A stretch of 64,000 bases of DNA, taken from positions 14,954-78,953 of the forward strand of contig JABDKO010000220.1 of the NCBI GenBank assembly GCA_013002165.1, written 5' to 3'. This document shows positions 20,242 to 29,073 of this stretch, in pieces; positions within the stretch are counted from its first letter, which is position 1; each line of letters begins with the position of its first letter. The position numbers were made by a program, and so were the translations under genes. Below the pieces are notes generated by a model. It searched no databases. It saw only the letters and a program-made list of their open reading frames with translations, and was not told where the DNA came from. This DNA comes from Rhodothermales bacterium (lineage in GTDB: Bacteria; Bacteroidota; Rhodothermia; Rhodothermales; JABDKH01).

Positions 20242-22046
20242 GCGACAAGGAAAAAGATAGTCAGGGACTTGACGGCAAGCTTCTGCGGCGAATCATTCGA
20301 TTCTTGCTGCCCTACAAATACTGGGTCGCGCTGGCATTCGTCACAGTTATTACCGCAGCCTTCCTCGGTCCACTGCGCCCCAAGCTGGTACAGCTGGCCA
20401 TTGATGAGCACGTGGTTCAGGGAGATATGGATGGTCTTCAGAGGATGGTGTCCCTGCTGTTCATCGTCCTCTTCGCCGAGGGTGTCCTGTCGTTTTTCAA
20501 TACCTACCTGACGCAGTGGATCGGTCAGCAGGCCATTTACGACCTGAGACACAAGGTGTATCGCCACATTCAGAAGCAGTCACTGAGCTTCTTTGATCGG
20601 AATCCCATCGGTCGACTAATAACCCGTGTAACAAGCGATGTTGAGTCGCTGAGCAATGTACTCTCAGCCGGAGTCGTAACGATCCTCGGTGATCTGTTCA
20701 AACTCATCTTCATTGCGTACTTCATGTTTACGCTGAACTGGGTACTTGCGCTGGTTACACTGGCAGTACTGCCGATCATGATCCGCGTAACGTTCTGGTT
20801 TCGTGCAGTGGTACGCGATCAGTATCGAGAAACTCGCAAGCAGGTCGCAAGGCTCAACTCGTTTCTCCAGGAGCACGTGACAGGGATGCAGATTGTTCAG
20901 CTGTTCGGCCGGGAGAAGGCTGAGATGGCCCGGTTCGAAGAGATAAACAACGACCACCGCGCCGCGCAGATCAAGACTATATTTTACTTCGCTCTTTTCT
21001 GGCCGGCAATCGACATCGTTGCATCTACTGCGCTCGGTCTGGTTATCTGGATCGGCGGTCTCCGCGCACTGGGTGGAACATTGACGCTCGGAGTACTGAT
21101 CGCCTTTATCCAATACGCCCGGCAGTTCTTCGAGCCAATCAGAAATTTGAGCGATCAGTACAATACACTGCAGAGTGCTATGGCTGGAGCGGAACGAATC
21201 TTCGGACTTCTCGACCACCAGCAATCTTTGCCGGAATCCGGGTCGCCAGTTGCAATTGAACGAGCAAAAGGAAAAATCGAATTCCGGAATGTGTGGTTCC
21301 GATACGATTCCGCCGAGCCACCCTCGGATGAAGAGTCTGAACACAGGGAAGAATCCTGGGTGTTGAAAAACGTCTCTTTCGTAGTAAACCCCGGCGAGAG
21401 CTGTGCAATTGTAGGTGCGACGGGTGCAGGGAAGACAACTATAATCAGTCTCTTGCTCCGGTTTTATGATATACAGAAAGGGCAGATCCTGCTTGACGAT
21501 ATCGATATCAAGGAGTATGCCCTCCAGGACCTGCGACACGTTATCGGTCTGGTTCTACAAGATGTCTTTCTCTTTTCTGGATCAATCGAAAAAAACATTA
21601 CACTCGGCAACGAGTCCATCACGCGGGAGATGGTCGTGGAAGCTGCACGGCTGATTGAGGCGGATCGCTTCATCGACCGCTTGCCCGATGGTTATGACCA
21701 GAATGTACGGGAACGAGGTATGGTCTTGTCGTTCGGGCAGCGACAACTCCTATCGTTCGTTCGGGCAGTCGTATACAATCCTTCTATTCTCGTTCTCGAC
21801 GAGGCTACGTCCAGTGTTGACACGGCTTCGGAAGAAGTGATCCAGCGCGCGCTTGAGAAGCTTCTGGAAGGCCGGACGTCAATCGTAATTGCGCACCGAC
21901 TGTCGACTATTCAGCATGCTGACAATATTCTGGTCATGCACAAGGGTCAGATCCACGAACAGGGGAACCATCAGCAGCTGCTTGCCATTGACGGCCTGTA
22001 CAGGAAGCTGTATGAACTCCAGTACAAGGAGCAGGAGGCAGCGTAA
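20238..22046 (+). CDS. ABC exporter half-transporter (TMD+NBD), subunit with degenerate signature
   Basis: GATGAGKT; LSFGQRQ; canonical LDEATSSVD; AHRLST; ATGA overlap with rnz. Confidence 0.92.
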   Translation: MSDKEKDSQGLDGKLLRRIIRFLLPYKYWVALAFVTVITAAFLGPLRPKLVQLAIDEHVVQGDMDGLQRMVSLLFIVLFAEGVLSFFNTYLTQWIGQQAIYDLRHKVYRHIQKQSLSFFDRNPIGRLITRVTSDVESLSNVLSAGVVTILGDLFKLIFIAYFMFTLNWVLALVTLAVLPIMIRVTFWFRAVVRDQYRETRKQVARLNSFLQEHVTGMQIVQLFGREKAEMARFEEINNDHRAAQIKTIFYFALFWPAIDIVASTALGLVIWIGGLRALGGTLTLGVLIAFIQYARQFFEPIRNLSDQYNTLQSAMAGAERIFGLLDHQQSLPESGSPVAIERAKGKIEFRNVWFRYDSAEPPSDEESEHREESWVLKNVSFVVNPGESCAIVGATGAGKTTIISLLLRFYDIQKGQILLDDIDIKEYALQDLRHVIGLVLQDVFLFSGSIEKNITLGNESITREMVVEAARLIEADRFIDRLPDGYDQNVRERGMVLSFGQRQLLSFVRAVVYNPSILVLDEATSSVDTASEEVIQRALEKLLEGRTSIVIAHRLSTIQHADNILVMHKGQIHEQGNHQQLLAIDGLYRKLYELQYKEQEAA

Positions 22047-22085
22047 CAAAAAAATGAGCTCCGGGCTGCAACTATTGATTATATC

Positions 22086-22101
22086 ATCGTATATTTACGA
22101 T
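22086..22101. promoter_or_regulatory. Probable ArsR operator overlapping a TATATTTA promoter-like element
   Basis: ATCGTA-TATT-TACGAT palindrome ending 16 bp before the arsR ATG. Confidence 0.7.
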
Positions 22102-22117
22102 AAACGATAGAATAACC

Positions 22118-22447
22118 ATGACAACGGCAAAAACAGACGCTTTCGAATTGACGGTATCGAGGGCTGCAGCATTTGCGAAGGCACTTGCTCACCCGGCACG
22201 AATTCAGATACTACAGGTCCTGGCGCGTAAGAAAACTTGTGTGTGCGGCGAAGTGGTTAGTGAACTGCCACTGGCTCAGTCGACGGTTTCCCAGCATCTG
22301 AAGGCCCTGAAACAGGCTGGATTGATTACCGGAGAGATCGACGGACCCGCAGTATGCTACTGCATTGATGCACGAGCATTCAATAGTATCAGGAAAGAGT
22401 TCGTCAGTATCCTTGATTCGATCACCGCTGATGTGGACTGCTGTTAA
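22118..22447 (+). CDS. arsR: ArsR/SmtB family arsenite-responsive repressor
   Basis: [33 protein letters not shown] and C-terminal CC. Confidence 0.9.
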   Translation: MTTAKTDAFELTVSRAAAFAKALAHPARIQILQVLARKKTCVCGEVVSELPLAQSTVSQHLKALKQAGLITGEIDGPAVCYCIDARAFNSIRKEFVSILDSITADVDCC

Positions 22448-22459
22448 TGAGGCACAACG

Positions 22460-23338
22460 ATGATTACTACCATAGAAATTGAAAAAGAAGACGTTGCGTG
22501 CTGCGGCGATGATTGCTGCTCAGATACGTCTGAAGCTGAATCACTCGAAACGGCACAGGAGAGTGATATTAAAATTGCAGTGAAAGAGAACTACGGACGC
22601 ATCGCTGATGCTGCTGCCACTGGCGCAGGATGCGGATGCGGGTGTGGTGACTCGAAGAGCATTGCGCCAACAAAATACAATCAGATGGATGGCTATGCGA
22701 TTGACGCGGACCTCGGTCTCGGTTGTGGTCTTCCAAATCAATTTGCCGAACTGCAGGATGGCGAGTTCGTCCTCGACCTGGGCTCCGGCGCTGGTCTGGA
22801 TGCGTTTATATCCCGCAAGGCGGTAGGAGAAGCCGGAAGCGTTGTAGGTGTCGATATGACACCATCAATGATTGAACTCGCAAACAAGAACAAGGCGAAG
22901 CTTGGCTATTCCAATGTCGACTTTCGTCTCGGAGAGCTTGAAGATCTACCTGTAGAAACCAACGTAGTTGATGTAGCCATCAGCAATTGCGTTTTCAATC
23001 TCGTGCCAGACAAACGCAAGGCGTTTGCCGAGCTATTCCGCGTCCTGAAAACCGGTGGTCGATTTAGCATATCCGACATTGTTTACAGTGGAGAGCTTCC
23101 ACAATCCGTGAGAGACTCGGTCAACCTTTATGTTGGATGTGTTGCGGGTGCTGTGAGTCTTGAAACCTACGTGAACATGCTACTGGAAACAGGATTCTAC
23201 AACATTGCAATACGATCAATCTCCACAATACAGCTGGATGGTTTTACTGCAACAGATGACGATGAGAAAGCTGTGGCGGAGTTCCTGGAATCTGGAGGAC
23301 GCGTATTGAGCATAACAGTGACCGGTGATCGCGCTTAA
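22460..23338 (+). CDS. arsM: Arsenite S-adenosylmethionine methyltransferase
   Basis: LGLGCGLP, VLDLGSGAGLD, GVDMT, ISNCVFNL and GCVAGA conserved Cys motifs; follows arsR. Confidence 0.92.
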   Translation: MITTIEIEKEDVACCGDDCCSDTSEAESLETAQESDIKIAVKENYGRIADAAATGAGCGCGCGDSKSIAPTKYNQMDGYAIDADLGLGCGLPNQFAELQDGEFVLDLGSGAGLDAFISRKAVGEAGSVVGVDMTPSMIELANKNKAKLGYSNVDFRLGELEDLPVETNVVDVAISNCVFNLVPDKRKAFAELFRVLKTGGRFSISDIVYSGELPQSVRDSVNLYVGCVAGAVSLETYVNMLLETGFYNIAIRSISTIQLDGFTATDDDEKAVAEFLESGGRVLSITVTGDRA

Positions 23339-23437
23339 AAGGGGAATTTGCGTGGAGGCAGTAACAATTGGCACTGGATGACTACAAATGCGTATCATGG
23401 TCACTTTTGAATCATTCCAGGGTAAAGGACAATCAAT

Positions 23438-23773
23438 ATGCCTGATACGTATTACCGCCCGGAGGATCTGGGTAAGTTCGGCGAAATCGCAGAGGGTAGT
23501 CCCGATCTGGCTAAAGCCTTCTTCTCCTACTACGGCCAAGTATTTGAAGATGGCGCCCTCAGTGCACGCGAGAAGGCCCTAATAGCACTTGCCGTTGCAC
23601 ATACGGTTCAATGCCCGTATTGCATCGACGCATTCACAACCGATTGCCTTGAGAAAGGATCGGACCTTGAACAGATGACGGAAGCGGTCCATGTTGCCGT
23701 AGCCATCAGGGGTGGTGCATCACTCGTACATGGTGTGCAAATGCTCGAACAAACAAAACGGATGACCATGTAG
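23438..23773 (+). CDS. AhpD/carboxymuconolactone decarboxylase-like CxxC protein (arsenosugar-biosynthesis-associated peroxidase-like family)
   Basis: REKALIALAVAH-TVQ-CPYCID and IRGGASLVHGVQM; immediately upstream of arsS. Confidence 0.85.
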   Translation: MPDTYYRPEDLGKFGEIAEGSPDLAKAFFSYYGQVFEDGALSAREKALIALAVAHTVQCPYCIDAFTTDCLEKGSDLEQMTEAVHVAVAIRGGASLVHGVQMLEQTKRMTM

Positions 23774-23781
23774 GAGGTGGA

Positions 23782-24915
23782 ATGGCGCTGAAGAGTAGAG
23801 TGGATAGTGATTTGATCGAGATCCCGACCCTGGATGTTGATGGCCCGAGGCGTACAACATCCCTTCAGGAACGGCGATCGCCATTGACTGTGCCGGATGA
23901 GCAACTCCGGGAACTGGATAGGTTGCATCTGAAGATTGGTCCTTCGCAAACAGGTAACTTCGACGAAGATCTTCAAGTATCAGGATGGTCTGATTTCCGG
24001 CCGAGTTCACTGGACATATTCCAGATTAATGTCGGAAAGCTGTGCAACATGACATGCGCACATTGTCATGTTGACTCCGGTCCTGATCGGGTCAGTGAGA
24101 ACATGGATCGGGAGACCATCGACGAATGCATCGACGCCATCAAAAGATCTGGTGCGCACACTGTAGATCTCACCGGCGGCGCACCCGAGCTCAACCCGCA
24201 TTTCGAATATCTGGTCGATGCCTGCATCGATATGGGATTGCACGTAATTGATCGCTGCAATCTGACAATCCTTACAGTCAACCGTTTCCAGCACTTGCCG
24301 GAGTGGTTCGCCGAACGAGGCGTTGAAGTCGTCTGCTCGCTCCCGCACTACCGCCGGACCGGGACAGATGCCCAGCGGGGTGACGGCACGTACGACAAAT
24401 CGATACGTGCGCTCCGGTCCCTGAATGATGCAGGTTACGGACTGGGGCACGAGGATAAGATTTTGACGCTCGTGACAAATCCGGTTGGCGCTTTTCTGGC
24501 GGGAAGTCAGAGTTCACTGGAGTCCGAATGGCAGGCGGCGCTGAAAAAGAATCACGATGTTTCTTTCGATCGGCTTCTCGCGCTGAATAACATGCCGATG
24601 TCTCGTTACCTCGAGTGGCTTCTCTCCAGGGGTCACCTTGAGACGTACATGATCAAGCTGGTGAACGCATTCAATCCAGCGACCATCTCGGGACTGATGT
24701 GCAGAAATACACTTTCTGTAAACTGGGAAGGCTACCTGTTTGATTGTGATTTCAATCAGCAGCTTGAAATGAGCTTGCACCTCAACGGATCTACAAGACC
24801 ACACGTTCGGGATTTCGATCTGGAGCACTGGCTAGCGCATGAGATTCGTACGGAACGACATTGCTACGGCTGCACCGCAGGTGCGGGCAGTGGATGCGGC
24901 GGTGCCATAACCTGA
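23782..24915 (+). CDS. arsS: Arsenosugar biosynthesis radical SAM protein ArsS (Cys form)
   Basis: CNMTCAHCH radical SAM motif; DLTGGAPELNP, LMCR and DCDFNQ; C-terminal HCYGCTAGAGSGCGG; GGAGG RBS. Confidence 0.88.
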   Translation: MALKSRVDSDLIEIPTLDVDGPRRTTSLQERRSPLTVPDEQLRELDRLHLKIGPSQTGNFDEDLQVSGWSDFRPSSLDIFQINVGKLCNMTCAHCHVDSGPDRVSENMDRETIDECIDAIKRSGAHTVDLTGGAPELNPHFEYLVDACIDMGLHVIDRCNLTILTVNRFQHLPEWFAERGVEVVCSLPHYRRTGTDAQRGDGTYDKSIRALRSLNDAGYGLGHEDKILTLVTNPVGAFLAGSQSSLESEWQAALKKNHDVSFDRLLALNNMPMSRYLEWLLSRGHLETYMIKLVNAFNPATISGLMCRNTLSVNWEGYLFDCDFNQQLEMSLHLNGSTRPHVRDFDLEHWLAHEIRTERHCYGCTAGAGSGCGGAIT

Positions 24916-24947
24916 CGTCCTTCCTGACGAACTGGGGGTCTGGCTGA

Positions 24948-25763
24948 TTAATACAGGATCATGTCGAATGTTCGGCGCAGCTCTCTGGTAACGGGATGTC
25001 CTGGTCCCAACAAAGTGAAGAGGGCTATGCATGCCTTTCGCGATCCGTCGTCATCGTAGTAGCGCTCTTTCCCGATTACGTCGATATATTTCTTGATCGC
25101 AGCGGACAGTTTTCCATCGACTACATCTTGCCCCGCTTTCATGTACAAATCGCGGACATCGCCCTCTGGCAACTGTAGCTCTCCGGAGGCGATCCCATGG
25201 ATGTGCTTCAGGGTTTCGATACTGTCCCGAATCTGTATCTGCGATGGTTCACTGGCTTCCATGTTCGCGATGATTTTTTCAGCGGCGACAGGATCGCTGA
25301 TCGCCCGTCGCTCTGCCAGGCTGTACGCCAGGAACGGATCCGCTGGATCTTCAAGGATTGCTTTTTCCAGCATTTTTTCTGCGCGTTCACTGTCACCTGC
25401 TTCTATCGCTTCGAGAATCTGGGCTTTCACCGATTTGTCACCAGAGGGAAGTGTCGTTCCCAGCCAGTCGCGAATAGCATGCTCAGGTAAAGCTCCTGTG
25501 AACTCGCCGACTATTTGCCCTTTCCAGAACATTTTTACAGCTGGAATCCCGCGTATTCCGTATTCGACCGCAAGATTTTGATTCTCATCAGTATTAACTT
25601 TTACCAATGTCCATTCGGGACCGGATTCACTGTCCAGCTTTTCCAGTGTGGGTCCGAGTACGCGACACGGTCCACACCAGGGAGCCCAGAAGTCAACTAC
25701 GACAGGGCGTTCTTCGCTGGCGGAAATAACATCTTCTTGGAAATTCTGCACGTCAGATAACAT
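24948..25763 (-). CDS. Thioredoxin plus TPR-like chaperedoxin (YbbN/CnoX-like)
   Basis: DFWAPWCGPC, GIRGIP and a helical C-terminus ending ...RKACIALFTLLG... Confidence 0.88.
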   Translation of the reverse strand: MLSDVQNFQEDVISASEERPVVVDFWAPWCGPCRVLGPTLEKLDSESGPEWTLVKVNTDENQNLAVEYGIRGIPAVKMFWKGQIVGEFTGALPEHAIRDWLGTTLPSGDKSVKAQILEAIEAGDSERAEKMLEKAILEDPADPFLAYSLAERRAISDPVAAEKIIANMEASEPSQIQIRDSIETLKHIHGIASGELQLPEGDVRDLYMKAGQDVVDGKLSAAIKKYIDVIGKERYYDDDGSRKACIALFTLLGPGHPVTRELRRTFDMILY

Positions 25764-25810
25764 CCAGCAGTACCTTTATTTTCTCAGGGATTCAACAATT
25801 TTACGAGTCA

Positions 25811-26911
25811 ATGCACACAAATCTTATTCTAGCGTTTGCAGTCTCCAGCGCCGTAATTGTTTCCGGTTGTTCTCCTCAACAAAGCGCCGAATCATACGAC
25901 CCCGCAAGTGATTCGCTCCGGTTCGACGGAGAAGTGCACCTGCGTAACATCAAGCAATTGACGTTCGGCGGAAATAACGCCGAAGCTTACTGGAGTTTTG
26001 ATGGAACCGAACTCGTATTTCAAAGCGATTGGGACGAGATCAATGACCAGGGATGTGATCAAATCTTCACCATGCCGATCGACGCAGACGGCCGGCCGGA
26101 CTACAAGTTGGTCTCTACCGGCGATGGCCGCACGACCTGTTCATACTTTCTGCCGGATGGTCGCGTCGTTTATGGATCGACACACGAAGGTGGTCAGGAG
26201 TGCCCGGTGGGTGCACCGGTTGTGGGAGGTAGTTATGTCTGGTCGATCTACGATTCGTATGACATCTATGTCGCGAACGCTGATGGTTCTGAAACTGAGC
26301 TCCTCATCGGCGGGCCGGGCTACGATGCCGAGGCCACTGTATCCCCGGATGGAAAGTGGATCATCTTCACATCTACCCGCACAGGCGATCTGGAACTGTG
26401 GCGCTATGAAATCGAAACCGGAGATCTGCTTCAGCTTACCAGCGGACTTGGCTACGACGGTGGCGCGTTCTTCTCACGCGACTCACAGCAAATAGTCTGG
26501 CGAGCGAGCAGGCCAACCGGAGAGGCTGCCGAAAAGTACAAGACTCTCCTGGCAGCAAACTCCGTTGAACCTTCGGATCTGGAAATTTTTGTTGCCGATA
26601 TCGATGGATCAAACGCACGTCAGGTTACTAACCTTGGAGGAGCAAACTGGGCTCCATTTTTTCATCCTTCCGGTGAAAAGATTCTGTTCACGACGAATCA
26701 TCATATGATGGATACTGATCCGCGCCAGTTTGACATCTTCATGATGGATCTGGATGGAACGGGGCTCGAGCAGATCACGTACTCGGGGACGTTTGATGCA
26801 TTCCCCATGTTCTCTTATGACGGCTCGAAGCTCGCCTTCTCGTCCAATCGCAATGTCTCCAGAACACCGACACGCGACACCAATGTGTTCGTTGCGGACT
26901 GGGTAGAATAG
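25811..26911 (+). CDS. TolB-like PD40-repeat beta-propeller lipoprotein
   Basis: Lipobox VSGC; NAEAYWS, YDAEATVSPDG, YDGGAFFS, NWAPFFHP and FDAFPMFS repeats. Confidence 0.85.
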   Translation: MHTNLILAFAVSSAVIVSGCSPQQSAESYDPASDSLRFDGEVHLRNIKQLTFGGNNAEAYWSFDGTELVFQSDWDEINDQGCDQIFTMPIDADGRPDYKLVSTGDGRTTCSYFLPDGRVVYGSTHEGGQECPVGAPVVGGSYVWSIYDSYDIYVANADGSETELLIGGPGYDAEATVSPDGKWIIFTSTRTGDLELWRYEIETGDLLQLTSGLGYDGGAFFSRDSQQIVWRASRPTGEAAEKYKTLLAANSVEPSDLEIFVADIDGSNARQVTNLGGANWAPFFHPSGEKILFTTNHHMMDTDPRQFDIFMMDLDGTGLEQITYSGTFDAFPMFSYDGSKLAFSSNRNVSRTPTRDTNVFVADWVE

Positions 26912-27282
26912 CAGCTGCCAGTAGCCAGGGTTTGCCGAGCATCGCTGGTCAATAAATTCCCTGGTGAATATTGCGTCGCCGGGTCAGACAACACTTCCCG
27001 GCCAGCCACCATTCTCACGTTCGGTCGAGACACGGTTACCCGCGTCTCGCTGTCCAGACTGAGAACAGCGATTCCTCGTTGCCGTCACCGAATCGATCCT
27101 GAATAAATATGATCACCCGGGACGCGGCTGGTCCTATCGCCCGAAAAAGGCGATTCGGCTAGTTCGTCACGTTTTTGTGCCCCGAATCGCTTGGCGTTCA
27201 GACTGCAAATATCCGCCCTCTGATCATGAAACCGGCTTTTCTGGACTCTGAGGCCTGCTGAAACCTGATAGAGACTGAAAAG

Positions 27283-27296
27283 TTAGACGAGTCTAA
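27283..27296. promoter_or_regulatory. DtxR/MntR/TroR-type metal-repressor box
   Basis: Perfect TTAGAC-GA-GTCTAA palindrome with A-rich flanks, 24 bp before the metal-binding lipoprotein gene. Confidence 0.75.
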
Positions 27297-27320
27297 AAAT
27301 CTTGTCAAACTCCGGGATCC

Positions 27321-28262
27321 ATGTCGAAACAGATTACTGTCGTTGCATTATTCACCTTGTTGATCTCCGCCTGTGCCCCGGCCGGTAGCGGTGAGAAAGA
27401 TCTGTCATCTGCGCCAACCCTGAAAGTAGTCGCCACGACGAACATGGTAGCCGACCTGGTCCGGACCATCGGAGGCGACCATGTCGATCTTGTTTCATTG
27501 ATGGGCCCCGGTATTGATCCACATCTGTACAAGGCAAGCGAGGGTGACGTGGCAAGGATGGCTGGCGCCGACGTGATATTTTATGGCGGCCTCCATCTTG
27601 AGGGCAAGATGGTCGATATTTTTGAACAGATGGACTCGCGAGGGAAGAGAGCCGTAGCGGTAACAGATGGAATAGATCGCGAGAAGCTTATCGAGTCAGA
27701 GGTTTTTGGAGGACACTACGACCCGCATGTATGGTTTGATGTCACACTCTGGCAGGATGCCGCACAGTATGTCACGGAGTATCTATCCGACATCAATAGT
27801 GTTAATCAAGCCGTGTACCGGTCCAACCTTGACACATACCTGCAGGCACTTTCTGAAACGGATACGTGGGTACGAACAGAGGTCAACACACTTGATCCCG
27901 GCCAACGCGTTCTCATAACATCGCACGATGCTTTCGGTTATTTTGGCCGCGCTTACGATTTCGAAGTATATGGGCTTCAGGGCATCAGCACAGTGGCAGA
28001 AGCAGGCACAGCAGACGTACAAAGTCTATCGACCATGGTCGCTGAAAGACGCATCCCGGCCATGTTCGTAGAGTCGTCAGTACCACGGAGGGGGATCGAG
28101 GCTGTACAGCAGGCAGTCCGCGCAAAAGGATTTGATGTGACCATCGGAGGAAGTCTGTTTTCGGACGCACTTGGAGTAGAAGGAACTCCCGAAGGTACGT
28201 ATACTGGTATGATTCGGCACAACGTAACCACAATCATTAGTGGCCTGAGCGCTACAGAGTGA
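27321..28262 (+). CDS. troA: Mn/Zn/Fe ABC transporter substrate-binding lipoprotein (TroA/MntA)
   Basis: Lipobox ISAC; GIDPHLY, DPHVW, SHDAFGYF and SDALG ligands. Confidence 0.92.
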   Translation: MSKQITVVALFTLLISACAPAGSGEKDLSSAPTLKVVATTNMVADLVRTIGGDHVDLVSLMGPGIDPHLYKASEGDVARMAGADVIFYGGLHLEGKMVDIFEQMDSRGKRAVAVTDGIDREKLIESEVFGGHYDPHVWFDVTLWQDAAQYVTEYLSDINSVNQAVYRSNLDTYLQALSETDTWVRTEVNTLDPGQRVLITSHDAFGYFGRAYDFEVYGLQGISTVAEAGTADVQSLSTMVAERRIPAMFVESSVPRRGIEAVQQAVRAKGFDVTIGGSLFSDALGVEGTPEGTYTGMIRHNVTTIISGLSATE

Positions 28263-28273
28263 CACTCGATTGA

Positions 28274-29059
28274 ATGCCCTTGACTGATCAAAGACGGCAC
28301 GCCATTGAAGTACGCGACCTGACAGTCGCTTACCATGAAAAACCTGTCCTGTGGGATATTGACCTTGACGTTCCAGCTGGCGTGTTGATGGCCATTGTCG
28401 GGCCAAACGGTGCCGGAAAGACAACCCTTATCAAGGCTATTCTCGGGCTTATTAGAACCGCGGCCGGGGAGGTGTCGATTCTCGGCCACAAGTACAAGCG
28501 ACAACGCAACCGGGTAGCATATGTCCCGCAGCGTGGATCCGTTGACTGGGACTTCCCCACAAGCGTCCTGGACGTCGTTACTATGGGACGCTACGGTCGG
28601 ATCGGGTGGGTGCGAAGGCCTTCTCGAACGGACAAAGACCTTGCGGTCAAGGCACTTGAAAAGGTCGGGATGGATCAATTCAGAAAACGTCAGATCAGCG
28701 AGCTATCTGGAGGTCAACAGCAGCGAGTATTTCTCGCACGTGCACTCGTTCAGGACGCGGACGTGTATTTCATGGACGAACCGTTTCAGGGAGTAGATGC
28801 GGTTACCGAACGGGCGATTGTCGAAATCCTGCGTGACTTGCGTCGGCACAACAAAACAGTCGTTGTAGTGCATCATGATCTCCAGACCGTAGAAGAGTAT
28901 TTCGACTATGTGATGCTGCTGAATATCAGAAAGATTGCGAGCGGGCCGGTCGCGGAAGTATTCAATTCTGAAAACTTGAGAATTACGTATGGCGGTAGAG
29001 TCGCTTTCTTGAAGCCGACAGCTTCTGCAGATATTACGCAATCTCAAAAGCCAGGTTAA
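28274..29059 (+). CDS. troB: Metal ABC transporter ATP-binding protein (TroB/MntB)
   Basis: [31 protein letters not shown] and HHDL. Confidence 0.93.
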   Translation: MPLTDQRRHAIEVRDLTVAYHEKPVLWDIDLDVPAGVLMAIVGPNGAGKTTLIKAILGLIRTAAGEVSILGHKYKRQRNRVAYVPQRGSVDWDFPTSVLDVVTMGRYGRIGWVRRPSRTDKDLAVKALEKVGMDQFRKRQISELSGGQQQRVFLARALVQDADVYFMDEPFQGVDAVTERAIVEILRDLRRHNKTVVVVHHDLQTVEEYFDYVMLLNIRKIASGPVAEVFNSENLRITYGGRVAFLKPTASADITQSQKPG

Positions 29060-29073
29060 GTCCAATTCAATTG

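Noticed and set aside
20664-21539. 291-aa minus-strand ORF and many similar antisense ORFs across the window
   Set aside because: They lie opposite well-supported genes and show no motifs; expected shadows in GC-rich coding DNA
24850-24915. Selenocysteine at the ArsS C-terminus
   Set aside because: The GSGCGG position is encoded as Cys (TGC); the only TGA is the terminal stop after the complete motif
26920-27040. yybP-ykoY (Mn) riboswitch upstream of the metal importer
   Set aside because: Only scattered short matches (gtagcc, ggtcaata, cgagac); the GGGGAGUAG core and four-way junction are not recognisable
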